This document shows, one piece after another, positions 35,363 through 47,410 of a stretch of 64,000 bases of DNA. The notes under the pieces were generated by a model. It ran no database searches. It saw nothing but the letters and a program-made list of their open reading frames with translations, and was not told the DNA's origin. The first letter of the stretch is position 1, and the number at the start of each line of letters is the position of its first letter. The position numbers and the translations under genes are program-made. The stretch spans positions 124,001 to 188,000 of the forward strand of contig NW_005202237.1 of NCBI RefSeq assembly GCF_000372725.1, read 5' to 3'. The stretch comes from Emiliania huxleyi CCMP1516. Lineage: Eukaryota.

Positions 35363-36675
35363 TCAAAAAGAATCCACGCGGCGTGACGTGGCAGCAGTCG
35401 CGGCACATGGAGGCAGGTCGCTAGACTGAGAGATGATCAGCCTCTCTGAGCTGGGCTCGAGCGGGCAGCAGCCCCTCTGGCACGGCGGGCAGCACCCGGG
35501 AGGGTCGACGAGCGCTTCGTGAGGAGGGTGGTGCACCTTGTTGAACCGAATCGGCGCGGGGGGCTTGCATCCGGTGTTGGCCTGGCACTTCAAGAAGCGC
35601 ATCTCGGGCGGCCCCTGCGGCGCCATCCGACCGTCGACGTACACAGCCTCGTACCGCGTGCCGGCGGCGGTCGGCGTGGCAAAGAAGGGAACTGTGGTCA
35701 CCCCATTGTACTCCTCCCGGGCGGTAATCGCGTCGGCGAGCCCGCCCTTGGCCGCCTTCACCTGCTGCTCGCTCAGCGCACCGAGCCCATTGGCGTTGCT
35801 GAGCCCCGTCGGCATGATGCTCGCGTACAGAGCCATCGGCTCGGGCTTCCGGTGCTCTCCAGAGGGGTTGTCTTGCGTCTTGCCGCAGCGGCGCGGCCAC
35901 AGAAAATCGGACTTTTTGAGGTCGGGCCGCCCGGACACGATGCGTTCGGCCTCGGCCTCGCTCGAGGCGAGGAAGCGGCCTTTGGGGATGCCGTAAGTCT
36001 TGAGGTACGTGCGGTACACCGATTCTTGCCAGAAGGCGTGGCAGCCCGGCACGGGAAGGCCAACCGCCTTGAGGCACTCTGCACAGCTGTAGAAGGGGAG
36101 CTCGCAGATCTCGCGCAGGCCGAAGGGTAGCGTGGTGGCAAAACCCATCGACTCCTTCTCAAGCACATCGAGGTCTGCGATGGCCTCCGGCTTCCAATCG
36201 CGGCTGACGTCCAGCAGCAAGTCCTCGGCGTCGCCGTCAGCGGTCAAGTCGGCGAGACCAAAGGTGTAGGCGGACAACGCCCAGAAGCCACCGGAGACTA
36301 CGGGGGCGGGAGGAATGGATGATGAGTCGCTGATTGTTGTTGGTCTAAGCGTGATGTACGTGGTTGTGAAAACTGCAGTGGATCGGGCCAACGTGAGTGT
36401 TGCCACGTACTTCCAACGATGCCGTCAAAGTGGTTGAGCTTTCCCTTCTTGTGCAGGCCCCGCATGATCCCATACGTAGATACCACGGCTCGATTGCCTG
36501 CACCCATCAAGCACATCGCACTCTCCCACTCAAAAGGCGGCGGACCATACGGATCAGCAGGAGTGCTGGGAGGCAGGTCGCGGCCTCGGGTGCCAGCGAG
36601 CTTGAGCTTCTCCTGCTTTCGCAGTGACTCCACAAACTTGGGGTTCGGCCTGCTGCAGTCGGGCGGTGCAGTCAT
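35363..36675 (-). CDS. Patatin/cPLA2-like phospholipase candidate; intron 36298-36410
   Basis: LMGAGNRA (oxyanion-hole-like) followed by GLHKKGKLNHFDGIVG|ISGGFW, where splicing recreates G-x-S-G-G. Catalytic Asp motif not clearly seen; ends uncertain. Confidence 0.5.
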
Positions 36676-36955
36676 GCCGTGCCGCTAGTGCCTATCTTGT
36701 CGACGTACAACTATTGACGCGATTACGTCACGGCATTTTGAGAAAAATCAAGCCCTGACCGTCTGCAATGCACGCGTCGCACCCGCCCATTTCAAACGAC
36801 TCGACCATGCACCATGGCCAAAGTATTAAGTTTATAACCTCCCCCATTGGTCTTTTGTTTCGCGCGTCTCCTCGAGCGGGTCCGAACGAGGCCGAGCTCG
36901 AATTTGGAGATATATATACATCACACATGCAGGGTATGGTTTAAATAATAACTGG

Positions 36956-39900
36956 CTAGACGCTTGAAGTCCTGGCCAGCTCGGCCGCTTTCGCCTCCGC
37001 GCGCAAGCGCCGCAGTTCGCTGACGAGCGCTCGACGCTCGTCCTCCGCTCCGCCGGAGGCATGCACAGCACCGACATGCGTCGCGCTTCCGGGCTCCTCG
37101 CTCTGCTCCGTCGAGTTCTCCGGGGAGGAGAGCACGTCCATGTCCTTCTCCACGACAGCCACGCGATGGATGGGGCTGTTCCCCTCGCAAATGTCCGGCT
37201 CAAAACTCGCCACGTCCGCGGCGTCGGAGTCCGTCCGAGGGTGCGGGCACGGCTCGGCGTCGGCGAGAGCGCTGTCGTTGGCGAGAGCAGCGTCGAAGTG
37301 GAGTCGCCGCGCGACCGTCGAGGGAGAGTCGGCTCGGAAGTGCGGGTTGGCCTTTGCAGGAGCCTCGACAGGGGCGAACTTGCCCGCGGAGCCCGCGACC
37401 GCATCGCGGCGCGCCTCCGCGGATGATCGCGCGGCCCATGGGGCTAGAGGCGACGCTGAAGGCGGCGCAGCTGTCGGCGGCGCGTCTGCAGGGTCGCCCG
37501 CGCCGGGCCCGGCGGCGTGCGCCGTCGTCAGAGCGCGGCGCCTCGGCTGCACGGCAGTGGAGAGGGCGAAGTGGCGGAGCCGCTGCGCCCTCGGCGAGAC
37601 GAGCCGCGAGGACTCGCTCTCGAGCAAGAGCGGCGCCGCCGCGCCAGCCGCGGCGGCCGGCCGAGCGCCGTCCCACGCCGCCTGGCTGGCCGCAAGAGGC
37701 GCGCAGCACGGAGCAGATGCGGACGAGACGAGGGTCGAGGAGGAGGATAAGCTTCGGGGCGGAGCGCTGACCTCCCACCCGTGGGCAGCGGCGGCGGCGG
37801 CGGCGGCGCGTCGCGCCTCTGCCCGCGCGTGCAGGACGGCGGTCCGGACGAGCGACGGGCTGTGCCCGATCGCGAAGACCTCGTCGAGGAGGTGCGGCGC
37901 GTCGAACTCGAGCGTAAACTCGGCCACCTCTCGCAATCGAGTGAGGCTTGCGGGCAGGTCGAGCAGCGCCCAGCGGCCGCGCGGCGACGGCTCGGAGCGA
38001 GGCAAGCTGAACGGGGTGGGCACGCGCAGCGGGCGGAGAGTGGCCTCGTTCCGGAAGCGGACGCGCAGCCCTCGCACCGCGACTTGGCTGTGCGCACGGT
38101 ACAGCAAGCAGATTGCATGCCTGCTCTGGATGCAGGCGGCGCGGTGCCGGTTGAGCCACGAGCCGCCCCAGTGCAGCCACGGCACCGCAGCGAGCGACTC
38201 GGCCGAAGCGCGCACCTCGCTGGGCAGCGCCAAGTCTGAGCGCCGCCACGCGTAGAGCACGCCGAAAGCGGCGCTGCCGTGCGGCTTGTCGGACGGCGGC
38301 AAATTCAAGGCCGTCAGCGGAAGCTGCGGCAAGCTCTGCGCTGTATCGGCGTGGCGAGGGGCCCGAGTGGGCGTGGGCGGTGCCGACGACGGCACAGCGG
38401 TCGAGCGGGGCGTGTGGCGGCGGTGAGGGTCCGTCCGGTGAGAGGAGCGGCGCAGCGCCCGCAGCTGCTTCCGCTGCGCCGACCCGCGCGGCAGGTCGGG
38501 CGACTCGCGCGGCCTCGGCGAGTGCGAGATTGCGATGACCACGGGGGTGGAGCTACCGAGGAGGGAGGCCGAGTCGGAGGTGTCGCCGGCCGACTGGGCG
38601 GGCTCCGCTCGCGCCGGCGGCAAGGAGAAGGTGAATGCCGGCGCCGGGGGCGGCTCGGGGGCCTCGGCAGCCCCGGCTGCCGATCCGCTGCTCGCGCAAC
38701 CGCTGCTCGCGCCGACAATCTCGCGTCGTGAGTCGGCGGGAGCAGATGCCGGGACGCACTGCTCCCCGAGCTCCTTCCCGCCCGCCGGGTCCTCGGGCGA
38801 GCTTGCGAGCAGCCTCGGCTGCGGCGCGGAGTACGAGTGCTCGAGCTGAGCCTCCGAGGCGGCAGCCTCCGAGGCGGCAGCACCCTCGGAAGGAGGCGAA
38901 GCCTCCTCAGCCTCCGACGGGTCGTGCTCGCGCGGCGGAGGAAGCGGCGCGGCGGCGCGTGCGTACGCCGAGATGACGCTTGCCGCAGCCTCGCCGACGA
39001 GGGCAGCGAGGGGAGAGCGAGGCGGCCCGGGCGATAGCGACGGCGCTGCGCGCTGCGGCGGCGAGGGCGGCCGCTTCTCCGCCGGAGTCGCTGCAGGAGG
39101 GGCGGTTGCCTCGGACGCTGCGAGCTCCGCGACTGCCGGTGGGACTGCGGCGGGCGGAGGAGCGGAGGAGGAGCGCGGACGGCAGAGGGGCTGCTCAGTC
39201 GCCGCCTCCTCATCTGAGACCAAAGCAGCAGCTGGCGCGGTCAGAGCAGCAGCTGGCGCGGTCAGAGCAGCAAGTGACGCGGTGCCCTCCGTGCGCGAGA
39301 CTGGGGCGGAGACCTCCGGTGCGGCAGACGGCGCGGCGGCAGCCTGGTTGCCCTGCGCCTGCTCCGCCTGCGCCTGCTCCTCTGTCGCCTCGGCCAGCGG
39401 CGCCGGCCGACCCCCGAGCGCTTCCCGCAGCGCCTCTCTCTCTTCCGAAAGCGCCTTGACCGCCTGCTGCTCCCGCTCGAGCCTCCTCCTGCACGACGCG
39501 AGCTCGCGCGCGAGACTCGCGCTCTTGCTGCGCGCCGCAGCGCACTGCCGCCGCAGCGCGTCTCCCTCGGCCCTCTCCCGCTCGAGCGCCAGCAGGACGG
39601 CCTCGAGCGACCGGTGCCCGCGCGGCACCGCCCAGTGCGCTCGCGTCGTGCCCGCAGACAGCCGCGAGCCGCCCTCCTCGCCCTCCTCGCCGACGGAGAA
39701 GGCGGACGCGCACGGCGCAGCGGGCTCTGCAGCCATCGGGCGAGTGGCGGCCCCTGCTGCCGCCGCCTCTGCCGCCTCTGCCGCCTCTGCCGCCGCATCC
39801 GTTGCATCCGTTGCATCCGTTGCATCCGCCTCGTGGGCGTGTGCAGATGCCGCCGCCGGGACGCCCTGCCACGCCTCCCGTCCTGAGCTGCTGGGGCACG

Positions 39901-41050
39901 CGGAAGGCGTCCACGGGATCGTCCACTGGATCGCCCTGGGGAGCGAGGTGGTTGAAAGGCTGGGGAGCGAGGAGGCTGGCAGCAGAGAGGAGGCTGGCAG
40001 CAGAGGGGGCGCGCGCTCCGTCGGAAGATCGGCAGCCTCTTCCGGGAGGGCTGGGGGCGGCGGCGGCGGCGGAGGAGGGGGGGGAGGCAGAGAGGGCGGC
40101 GGCGGCGGCGATGACGGGGGCGGGGGCGACGGCGGCGGGAGAGAAGACTGCGGCGGCAGCGGCGGCAGCGATGGCGGCGGTTTCGGCGGCGGCGGCGGTT
40201 GCGGTGGGAGCTGTGGCCGAACGACGCCCTCGGGGCTGAGCAGCGCATTGATCGCGGGCAGGCGCTGTCGCACGGGCGAGTAGGCCAGGATCTGCTGCGC
40301 CGTCGGCCGGAGAGACGCGTCCTTCTCGAGCAGCTTGACGGCGAGGAAGGCGAGCTCCGGCGAGTAGCGCGCAGGCAGCGGCGGCACAGGCGAGTGCAGG
40401 ATCCTGCGCGCGAGCGCGAGCTGGTTGGAGGCGAGGAAGGGCGGGCGGCCCGTCGCCAGCTCGTACAGGAAGCAGCCCAGCGCCCAGACGTCCGACTTTG
40501 GACCGTAGGGCCGCTCCTCGCACATCTCTGGCGAAAAGTAGAGCGGCGTGCCGACGCTGCTGGTCGCCTGGTGCGACTGCTCCGACATGATCCGGCCGAG
40601 CCCGAGGTCGCCGATCTTGACGACGCCGCGCTCGTCCGTGAAGATATTGTCCGGCTTGATGTCGCGGTGCAGCACCCGCGCCCCGTGCATCGCACTCAGC
40701 CCAGAGGCGACCTGGATGACGGCTCTCCAGATGAACTCCTCGTCGGTCGGCGGGCAGCCGGCGGCGGCGCGGGCCTTGAGCCACATGCCAAAGTCCCTCC
40801 CGGCGTCCTCCATCACCAGGTGAAGCACATTGTCGTGGATGAAGGAATCGACAAAGCCCACGACTGAGGGGTGGCGGATCCGCTGCAGGCACGAAGCCTC
40901 GCTTTGCATCGTGGCGCGCTTGGTTTCATCGAGGCCGGAAAGCGGGATCCGCTTGACCACCAGGATCCTGCCGTCGCTGCGGCGGCGAACGCGGTGCGCC
41001 ACGCCCGTGGTGCCTCTACCCACGAGTTCAATAGAGACAAAGGCTTCCAT
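36956..41050 (-). CDS. NIMA-related (NEK) Ser/Thr kinase with long low-complexity/coiled-coil C-terminus, intronless
   Basis: GRGTTG, VVKRI, LHRDIKPDNIF, VKIGDLGLGR, VGTPLYFSPEMCEERPYGPKSDVWALGC. Confidence 0.93.
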   Translation of the reverse strand: MEAFVSIELVGRGTTGVAHRVRRRSDGRILVVKRIPLSGLDETKRATMQSEASCLQRIRHPSVVGFVDSFIHDNVLHLVMEDAGRDFGMWLKARAAAGCPPTDEEFIWRAVIQVASGLSAMHGARVLHRDIKPDNIFTDERGVVKIGDLGLGRIMSEQSHQATSSVGTPLYFSPEMCEERPYGPKSDVWALGCFLYELATGRPPFLASNQLALARRILHSPVPPLPARYSPELAFLAVKLLEKDASLRPTAQQILAYSPVRQRLPAINALLSPEGVVRPQLPPQPPPPPKPPPSLPPLPPQSSLPPPSPPPPSSPPPPPSLPPPPPPPPPPPPALPEEAADLPTERAPPLLPASSLLPASSLPSLSTTSLPRAIQWTIPWTPSACPSSSGREAWQGVPAAASAHAHEADATDATDATDAAAEAAEAAEAAAAGAATRPMAAEPAAPCASAFSVGEEGEEGGSRLSAGTTRAHWAVPRGHRSLEAVLLALERERAEGDALRRQCAAARSKSASLARELASCRRRLEREQQAVKALSEEREALREALGGRPAPLAEATEEQAQAEQAQGNQAAAAPSAAPEVSAPVSRTEGTASLAALTAPAAALTAPAAALVSDEEAATEQPLCRPRSSSAPPPAAVPPAVAELAASEATAPPAATPAEKRPPSPPQRAAPSLSPGPPRSPLAALVGEAAASVISAYARAAAPLPPPREHDPSEAEEASPPSEGAAASEAAASEAQLEHSYSAPQPRLLASSPEDPAGGKELGEQCVPASAPADSRREIVGASSGCASSGSAAGAAEAPEPPPAPAFTFSLPPARAEPAQSAGDTSDSASLLGSSTPVVIAISHSPRPRESPDLPRGSAQRKQLRALRRSSHRTDPHRRHTPRSTAVPSSAPPTPTRAPRHADTAQSLPQLPLTALNLPPSDKPHGSAAFGVLYAWRRSDLALPSEVRASAESLAAVPWLHWGGSWLNRHRAACIQSRHAICLLYRAHSQVAVRGLRVRFRNEATLRPLRVPTPFSLPRSEPSPRGRWALLDLPASLTRLREVAEFTLEFDAPHLLDEVFAIGHSPSLVRTAVLHARAEARRAAAAAAAAHGWEVSAPPRSLSSSSTLVSSASAPCCAPLAASQAAWDGARPAAAAGAAAPLLLESESSRLVSPRAQRLRHFALSTAVQPRRRALTTAHAAGPGAGDPADAPPTAAPPSASPLAPWAARSSAEARRDAVAGSAGKFAPVEAPAKANPHFRADSPSTVARRLHFDAALANDSALADAEPCPHPRTDSDAADVASFEPDICEGNSPIHRVAVVEKDMDVLSSPENSTEQSEEPGSATHVGAVHASGGAEDERRALVSELRRLRAEAKAAELARTSSV

Positions 41051-41279
41051 TGGGCGGTTGCCGCGAAAGACCGTCTCACAGGTATCAGGTTGGTTTTCCC
41101 GCTTCCCGAAAAAAAAACACCGAACCTGCCCCCCCGCCCCTCATTTCAAAACAAGCAGGGGGGCAAGGGCGAGGGAAGGTCCCTCTCTCACCCCAAACAT
41201 GAGCATCCATGCAGACAGCGCCGGGCTGTTAGGCGCCCTCGACGCGCCCTCGACGCGCCCGGCTCCCCCCCTCTGCTAC

Positions 41280-42873
41280 TCAGCCGAGGTGAATGGTGAG
41301 GTCGTCGCGCGGCGGCGAGCGGAGGCGGCGGTAGAGCTTGCTGTCGGCGCCGGAGAATTCGTGCGTCAGCGAGAGCAGGAAGGTGTTGCAGCAGAGGTCG
41401 AGCAGCTGCAGGCCGCGGTTCGCGTCGAGCGCGTTTGCGATCTCCTCGCCGCCGCCGTGCCGGATGGCGTTATGCGCGAGGCGGAGCTCGCGCAGGCGCC
41501 GGTTCACCTTGAGCATCCCCGCGACGCGGCCCGCCGCCTCGCAGCCGGCGAAGTTGCGATCGAGGAGCAGCGTGGCGAGCCCCGCCGCCCTGTGCCGCAG
41601 CGCGTCGGCGAGGGCCGAGACGCCCTCGTCGCCGAGGCTGTTGTGCGACATGTCGAGCAGCTCGAGGCTGGAGCCGCGGCCGAGCAAGCCGCCCCGCACC
41701 AGCGCCTGCGCCGCCCCCGCCTCGAGCTCGTTGCCCGCGAGCCGCAGCGAGACGAGGGCCGGCGCGTGCCGCAGCGCGAGGAGCAGTCCGCACGCGTGGC
41801 GAGGGTAGTCCTACGGGAAGGTTCCGAGAAGCATCAGGCAGGCTTCCGGGGGGAGCAGGGCCGCGCGCGCGGCGGCTAGTCTCCTCGCGATGGGCGACGC
41901 CGGTGAGGCGGCAGAGGCCGGACGAGGAGAGGTCGAGCGAGCGGAGCGCGAGCGGCTCCCCCCCGCCCGCCCTCGCCTCCACCGCCGCCAGCAGCGCCTT
42001 TGCGCCGAGCGAGGTGAGCGGGTTGCCCGGCACCTCCAGCTCGGCCAGGTCGGGGAGGAGGGCGGAGAGGACGGCGGCCGCGCCGTCGCGGGCGAGGCAG
42101 GGACCGTCGAGCCGCACGCTCCTCAGCCGGCGGAAGCGCGCGAAGAAGGCCGCCGCCTCCGCCAGCCCGAGCGGCACGCGGAGCGAGCGCAAGCAGACGC
42201 GCCGAGCGCCGGTCGCCTCGAGGCGCAGGCGGGAGCAGGTCGAGGCGGCGCGAAGCATCGCCGGCGTGTCGAGGGCGGTCAGGATCTGGCCGAGCAGGTC
42301 CGCGGAGAGCGTCAGCAGTAGGCTCTCCCTCGGCCGGCGCGCGACCTGCCGCGCCCGCCCGCCCGATGCGGAGCCGGACGGCGGCCGCTTCCGGAGCACG
42401 CGGCCCTGCACCTCGGAGCGGCAGGAGGCCGGCTGGGGGGGCGGCTTGGCGGCCGGGGGCGCCGGCACGCGGTCGGGGACCGTCTCGCGGCCGGGCGACG
42501 CCTCCGCCACCGCCTGCTGCGGCGGAGCGTCGCACACGGTGAAGGCCGGGACCTCGTCGCCATACTCGGCGTCGCGCTCGTCGACAGAGGCCACGAGGAA
42601 GGTGATGGTCGAGCCGCGTCGCACGTCGACGGTCTTGAAGCGCGCAATCTCCCTTCCGTTCACGAAGGTGCCGTTGGAGCTCGTGTCCGTGAGCTTGAGC
42701 CGGCCCGACGGAGTCAGCCGGAGCGTGCAGTGCGTGCCCGAGATCTGGGCATTCGCGATGCGATAGTCGGCGTGGATGCTGCGGCCGACGACGAGATCCG
42801 CCTTGTCCGCCGTGATGAGGAGGTCGGCGAACGAGGGCGAGTCGGAGAGGAGGCGGAAGCCTCGCCTCGGCAT
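41280..42873 (-). CDS. FHA + F-box + ribonuclease-inhibitor-type LRR protein; one intron near 41811-41885
   Basis: FHA: VVGRS..ISGTHC..LTDTSSNGTFVNG. F-box: LLTLSADLLGQILTALDTPAMLRAASTCSRLR. LRRs: LELLDMSHNSLGDEGVSALADAL, LRELRLAHNAIRHGGGEEIANAL. Confidence 0.82.
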
Positions 42874-44008
42874 TGGTTCGCAGGAGATCGGTGGAGTTCC
42901 CGCGGTTTTGCTCGCACTGGCGGGATTTTTCTTCATTTTTCGTTACAAACGTTGGTGTCCCAGTCGTTGGTCGGACTGTGTTTCGCCTTCCCATCAATCA
43001 ATCAATCAAACGACAGAGAACGAGACAAGGAGTGCAGAGAGAGAACAGAAAACACAGCTCTCCCCTTTCTCCCATTCATTCAGCTAACGTCTGAGCTTGT
43101 CGCCCCATGTCCGTCAGGTGCAGCTCCCCCCGGCTGCTGCTGCTCCGCCACTTCCGCAGAGGACGCAGGGCCCAAACGCGCCAGGAGTCATCGAGCCAAA
43201 CCGTGAGCGCCGAAACGCCCCACGTGGCCTGAGATGGCAAACCATCCAACTTGTGTTTTCGCACTGCAGGTGGCCCCAGAGAGACCGGGGGCGCGAAAAT
43301 TGAGTCGACCGACACCGAGGTGCAGTCGGCTGCACCGCTCACAAAGCTATGCGCACACGCTCGACGGGCACACTTTCGTCCTCAGGCTACTGCCGCCGCG
43401 GGCGCGGCTTTCAACCTCCTCCTCGCCGCTGCTGCCATCGATGGGGCAGCACCTGCTGCCGCCGCCTCTACAGCAGCTAGCGACGAGGGCGCTGAGGAGG
43501 AGCAGGGCGAGGAGGAGGAGGGCGAGGAGGAGGAGGAGGAGGTCGAACTTGCGACGCCGACGAGGAAGCGCAAACCCGCCGAAGGGCCGGCGGCGCCGCC
43601 GCAGCCGCCCCCAATCCGAGCTCGAACCGCCTCGGGGCGGACCCTCAAGCCCACCGAGCGCGCCGCGGAGCACGAGCAGGTAGGCCAATGCTTGTGTTGC
43701 CGTCTAGCATCCCACCACGCTGGCCACCCCTCATCCATCCCTCGTGTCGGGTAACTCTTCCTCTCACGCGCTGCAGGCACTCAGTGCAGAGCGAAAGGCG
43801 CGGGCGAAGCGCAACGCTGTGTCGACGAGTGGCAAGGGCGGCTGAGGCCTCTCGCACTGCTGTGCTTTTGCGGGAGACTGGGGGGGGGGGGGGGGGGGAC
43901 TTGTGCGCGATGGCCGTGGACGAGGATGCGTGCTGGTCCGTTGCATCCTCGGAGGGGGCGGATGCAGGCCGAGGGAGTTCAACGCTCATCTAGCTGCATG
44001 TGTACGTA

Positions 44009-44614
44009 TGTGATACGTGGTGCTCTGCGCCTGGTGTACTGTGTGTCTGCAAGCGGTGTGAGCGGGTGGTAGATGGAGATGTGGCAGCTTGGTTCGAGTG
44101 TGCTGTTGGGGCTCGTGTGTTGGTCCGAGGCCACTCGACGGGTGATCCGCGGTTGCGCTTTCTGCTTCCGCTCGGCCGCCTCGTTCGCGCCGGCGTGTGT
44201 GTGTGGTTGCTTGCGCCACCGGCTGGGCAGGTTGAGTGTTACGGGGAGGGGGGTACACACGGCGGGGACGGTTCATTGTGTCTTCGACACTCACGACGTG
44301 CCGTCGCGAGCGTGTGTACTGTGTGGCACCCTTCTAGCTGGCCACAGGCTAGGCCACAGGCTGCAGGCAGCGTGCGTGTGCGTGCGCGCCACCGCGCGCC
44401 CGGGACGCGGGCCACGCGAGCGCACGGATCCTCTGCGCTCGAGACGAGATGGGACACACACGCACACGGAGCGCGGGAGCGGACCTCAGGGCTCAGGTCC
44501 TCGCGGTCAAGGAGATTTTCTAATTTTGCATCGGCCATTTGGGAGAGGGAGAGTGCTGAGTGCAGAGTGGGAGAGAGTTTTATTTATGATTTATATCTCT
44601 CTCGCTTTTTAACA
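44009..44614. mobile_element. Possible solo LTR (TG...CA) with near-perfect 5-bp TSD
   Basis: Starts TGTGA and ends TAACA; flanks ACGTA / TCGTA; TG-rich non-coding body. Confidence 0.35.
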
Positions 44615-44808
44615 TCGTACAAATAAACGGCGCGCGGGGCCAGGGCGCGCGGCAGGCTGGGAAGTGGGATCCGCCCATCGCCCATCGCCCATACAGTAAA
44701 AACGTCGCCCCAAGAGCCGCCTGGGATCGTCGTGCGAACCCGCGACATGCGTGCCTGCGTCGCCGCGCTCTGCCCGGAGAGCCAAGCCGGGTCGCTGGGG
44801 GCCTTTAC

Positions 44809-47258
44809 TCACCGGCCGCGGCCGCGGCCGCGGCCGAAGCGGCCACCGCCGCGCCCCTTGCCCATCATGCCCTTGCCGCCCGGCATGCCGCCGGCGTCGG
44901 GCTTCTCAGAAGCCGGGTTGCGCACCGTCTCGTCGACGGAGAGGATGAGGCAGGCCGCCTCGGTCGCAGCGAGCAGCGCGTTCCGCTTCATCACCGTCGC
45001 CTCCCACACAAAAGCCTCGAAGGTGTCGCACACGCCGTTCTCGATGACGTCGACGCCGAACCACTTTCCTCCGCGCGCGTGCTTCATGCGCAGCTTGTTG
45101 AGCACGTCAGTCGGGTCCATGCCCGAGTTTGAGGCCACCTGGCGCGGGATCACCTCGAGCGCCTTTGCGTAGGCCCCGATGAGCAGCTGCAGCTTGCCTG
45201 CAGGCCAGGGGAACGTGTGGCGTCAAGAGGCGCGGCGGCAGACGCCGCGGGCGGCGGAGGGACCGTCGCGCTGCCTCGGCCATATCTCGGGCCATACCTC
45301 GGCTGCATCTCGGCCGCATCTCGGCTAGATCTCGGCGCGCCGTAGATCTTGCGCGACTCGTCGCGCAAGTAGGCGGAAAGCTCCATCTCGATGGCTCCGC
45401 CGCCGGCGATGACGGACGGGTGGCGGAGCAGCCGGCGCGTGTTCATGATCGCGTCGTGCAGCGATCGCTCCGCCTCCGCGATGAACTGCTCCGCGCCGCC
45501 CCGCAGGATGAAGGTGCAGGTGCTCGCCTGCAGCGAGGGGCCGGGGCGGCTCGGCTGCCGAGGCTGGCCGGCAGCTGCGGCTTGGCCGGCAGCGAGGGCG
45601 CGGCTGCTGCGCCTTGTCGCAGCCGGAGAAGAAGTTGAAGCGCTCGCCGCCGACTTGCCGCTCCTCGAACTCGCCGCACGCGCCGAGCACGCCCGGGCTG
45701 AGGTCGTTGCACGAGGTTTGCACCGCCGCGCCCGTCGCCTTTGCGACGCGCTTGAGGTCGCCGTCCTCGACGCGGCCGGCGCAAAAGAGGCCGCGGTCGG
45801 CGAAGTACTGCGTGGCGAGGTCGCCGATCGCGAGCTTGGAGAGGACGATGTTTGCGCCCGACGCGACGATCTTCGCGAGCTTGTCGTAGATGATGTCTGC
45901 GCGCGAGGGGCGGGACGGGCGGGACGGGCGGGAGGTGCGGCGAGCGCAAGGGGAAGGGGTAGAGGGGAGGCGGCGAGAGGGCGGCGAGGGGTAGGCGAGG
46001 GGGCGGCGAGGGGGCGGCGAGGGGTAGGCGAGGGGTAGGCGAGGGGTAGGCGAGGGGTAGGCGAGGGGTAGGCGAGGGGTAGGCGGAGGTGCGGGGGCGG
46101 CGAGGAGGAGGCGAGGCAGAGGTGAGAGAGGGGGAGGGGGGCGGCGAGGGAGGGAGGCGAGGGGGGCAGGCGAGGGGGGCAGGCGAGGGGGGCAGGCGAG
46201 GGGGGCAGGCGAGGGGGGGGGGGCGAGGGGGGCAGGCGGGCCGCACCCCACTCAGCGTCGACCACTGCCTGGTAGGCCGTGACGTCGGAGACGCGAACCT
46301 CGGCGTTGTCACGCTCGGCCTTGAGCTCGAGCTCGACGTTGAGCAGCACGATCTTCGGCGCCTTGAAGTGCTTCGTCATCTGCTCGAAGCCCGCATACGA
46401 GAAAGTCTTCTTGAAGGCGACGCCCTCGACGAGCATTGAGTCTTGCAGCGAGCCTCCGACCACCTTCTTGGTGCCGAGCATGTCGAGCCCCTGGGCCTGG
46501 TCGAGCGAGAGGACGGCGTCCACCACCATCTTCGCGAAGAACTGCTTGTGCCCCGACACCAGCTTGGACGAGAGCGAGGTCGCCGCACTCTTCTCCAGCA
46601 TCGCGCGCACCTCGCCGCCGCTCTGCTCGAGGTTGACGGCGAGCGAGTCGATCTTTGCGGTGGCGAGCGCGACCGCCTGCCGGTAGGCCTTGATGATCAC
46701 CTGCGGGTGCACGCCCTCCTCGATGTACGGCTTCGCCTCGCGCAGGAACTCGCCCGCCAGCAGCACGACGGAGGTGGTACCGTCGCCAACCTCGGCATCC
46801 TGCGACATGGAGATCTGCACGAGCGTGTTGGCGGCCGGGTGGACGACCTGCAGCTTCTTCATCAGCGTGGCGCCGTCGTTCGAGATGGTCACCTGCGGGC
46901 GGCGGGGCGGCGCACCGGTGGTGAGCGGCGGCGAGGGCGGCGAGAGCCGCGCGTGGCGTCGGCCGCACCGTGCCATTCTCGTCGTGGATCAGCTTGTCCA
47001 TCCCGCGCGGCCCGAGCGTGGTCCGCACCACGTCAACCACCGCCTGCGGTGACACGGGCAGCGGAGGGGTCGAGCAAGGCGGGCGGCCCGGGGCGACGCC
47101 GTCTCTCGCCGCGCCTGGCACGCATTGATGTTCGAGATGAGCTGCGGCTTGCCCTGTGAAGTGTCGGTACCCTCGCGCAGCAGCACAATCTGCGGCTGCA
47201 TCCCCATGCCGGGCATCATGCCGTGCCCGCCCATGCCGGCCATGCCGCGGCCTCCCAT
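44809..47258 (-). CDS. CCT7: T-complex protein 1 subunit eta (CCT7), about 5 introns
   Basis: [116 protein letters not shown]. Confidence 0.97.
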
Positions 47259-47410
47259 ATGCTGATCAGTTGGCGGGAGGGGCAACGCCTGCGACTGGCC
47301 CGCGGCCGGCGTTCGTAGTTTTTTCTTTTCCCTACACGACCCACAAGTTAGAGGAACCTACCTACCTAGAGGTTATCATCTGTCTCGAGAATATAGGGCG
47401 TCACGTTGAT

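Noticed and set aside
35036..35380. 16-bp direct repeat AAAAAGAATCCACGCG as a TSD
   Set aside because: No tail, TIR or other element hallmark between the copies; could be chance or a coding repeat.
43100..43990. Acidic/Pro-rich ORF with intron-like breaks
   Set aside because: No clear start, no homology and low complexity; cannot support a gene call.
44809..44900. GGM/RG-rich tail of CCT7 as a novelty
   Set aside because: Gly/Arg/Met-rich C-termini are usual for CCT-eta.
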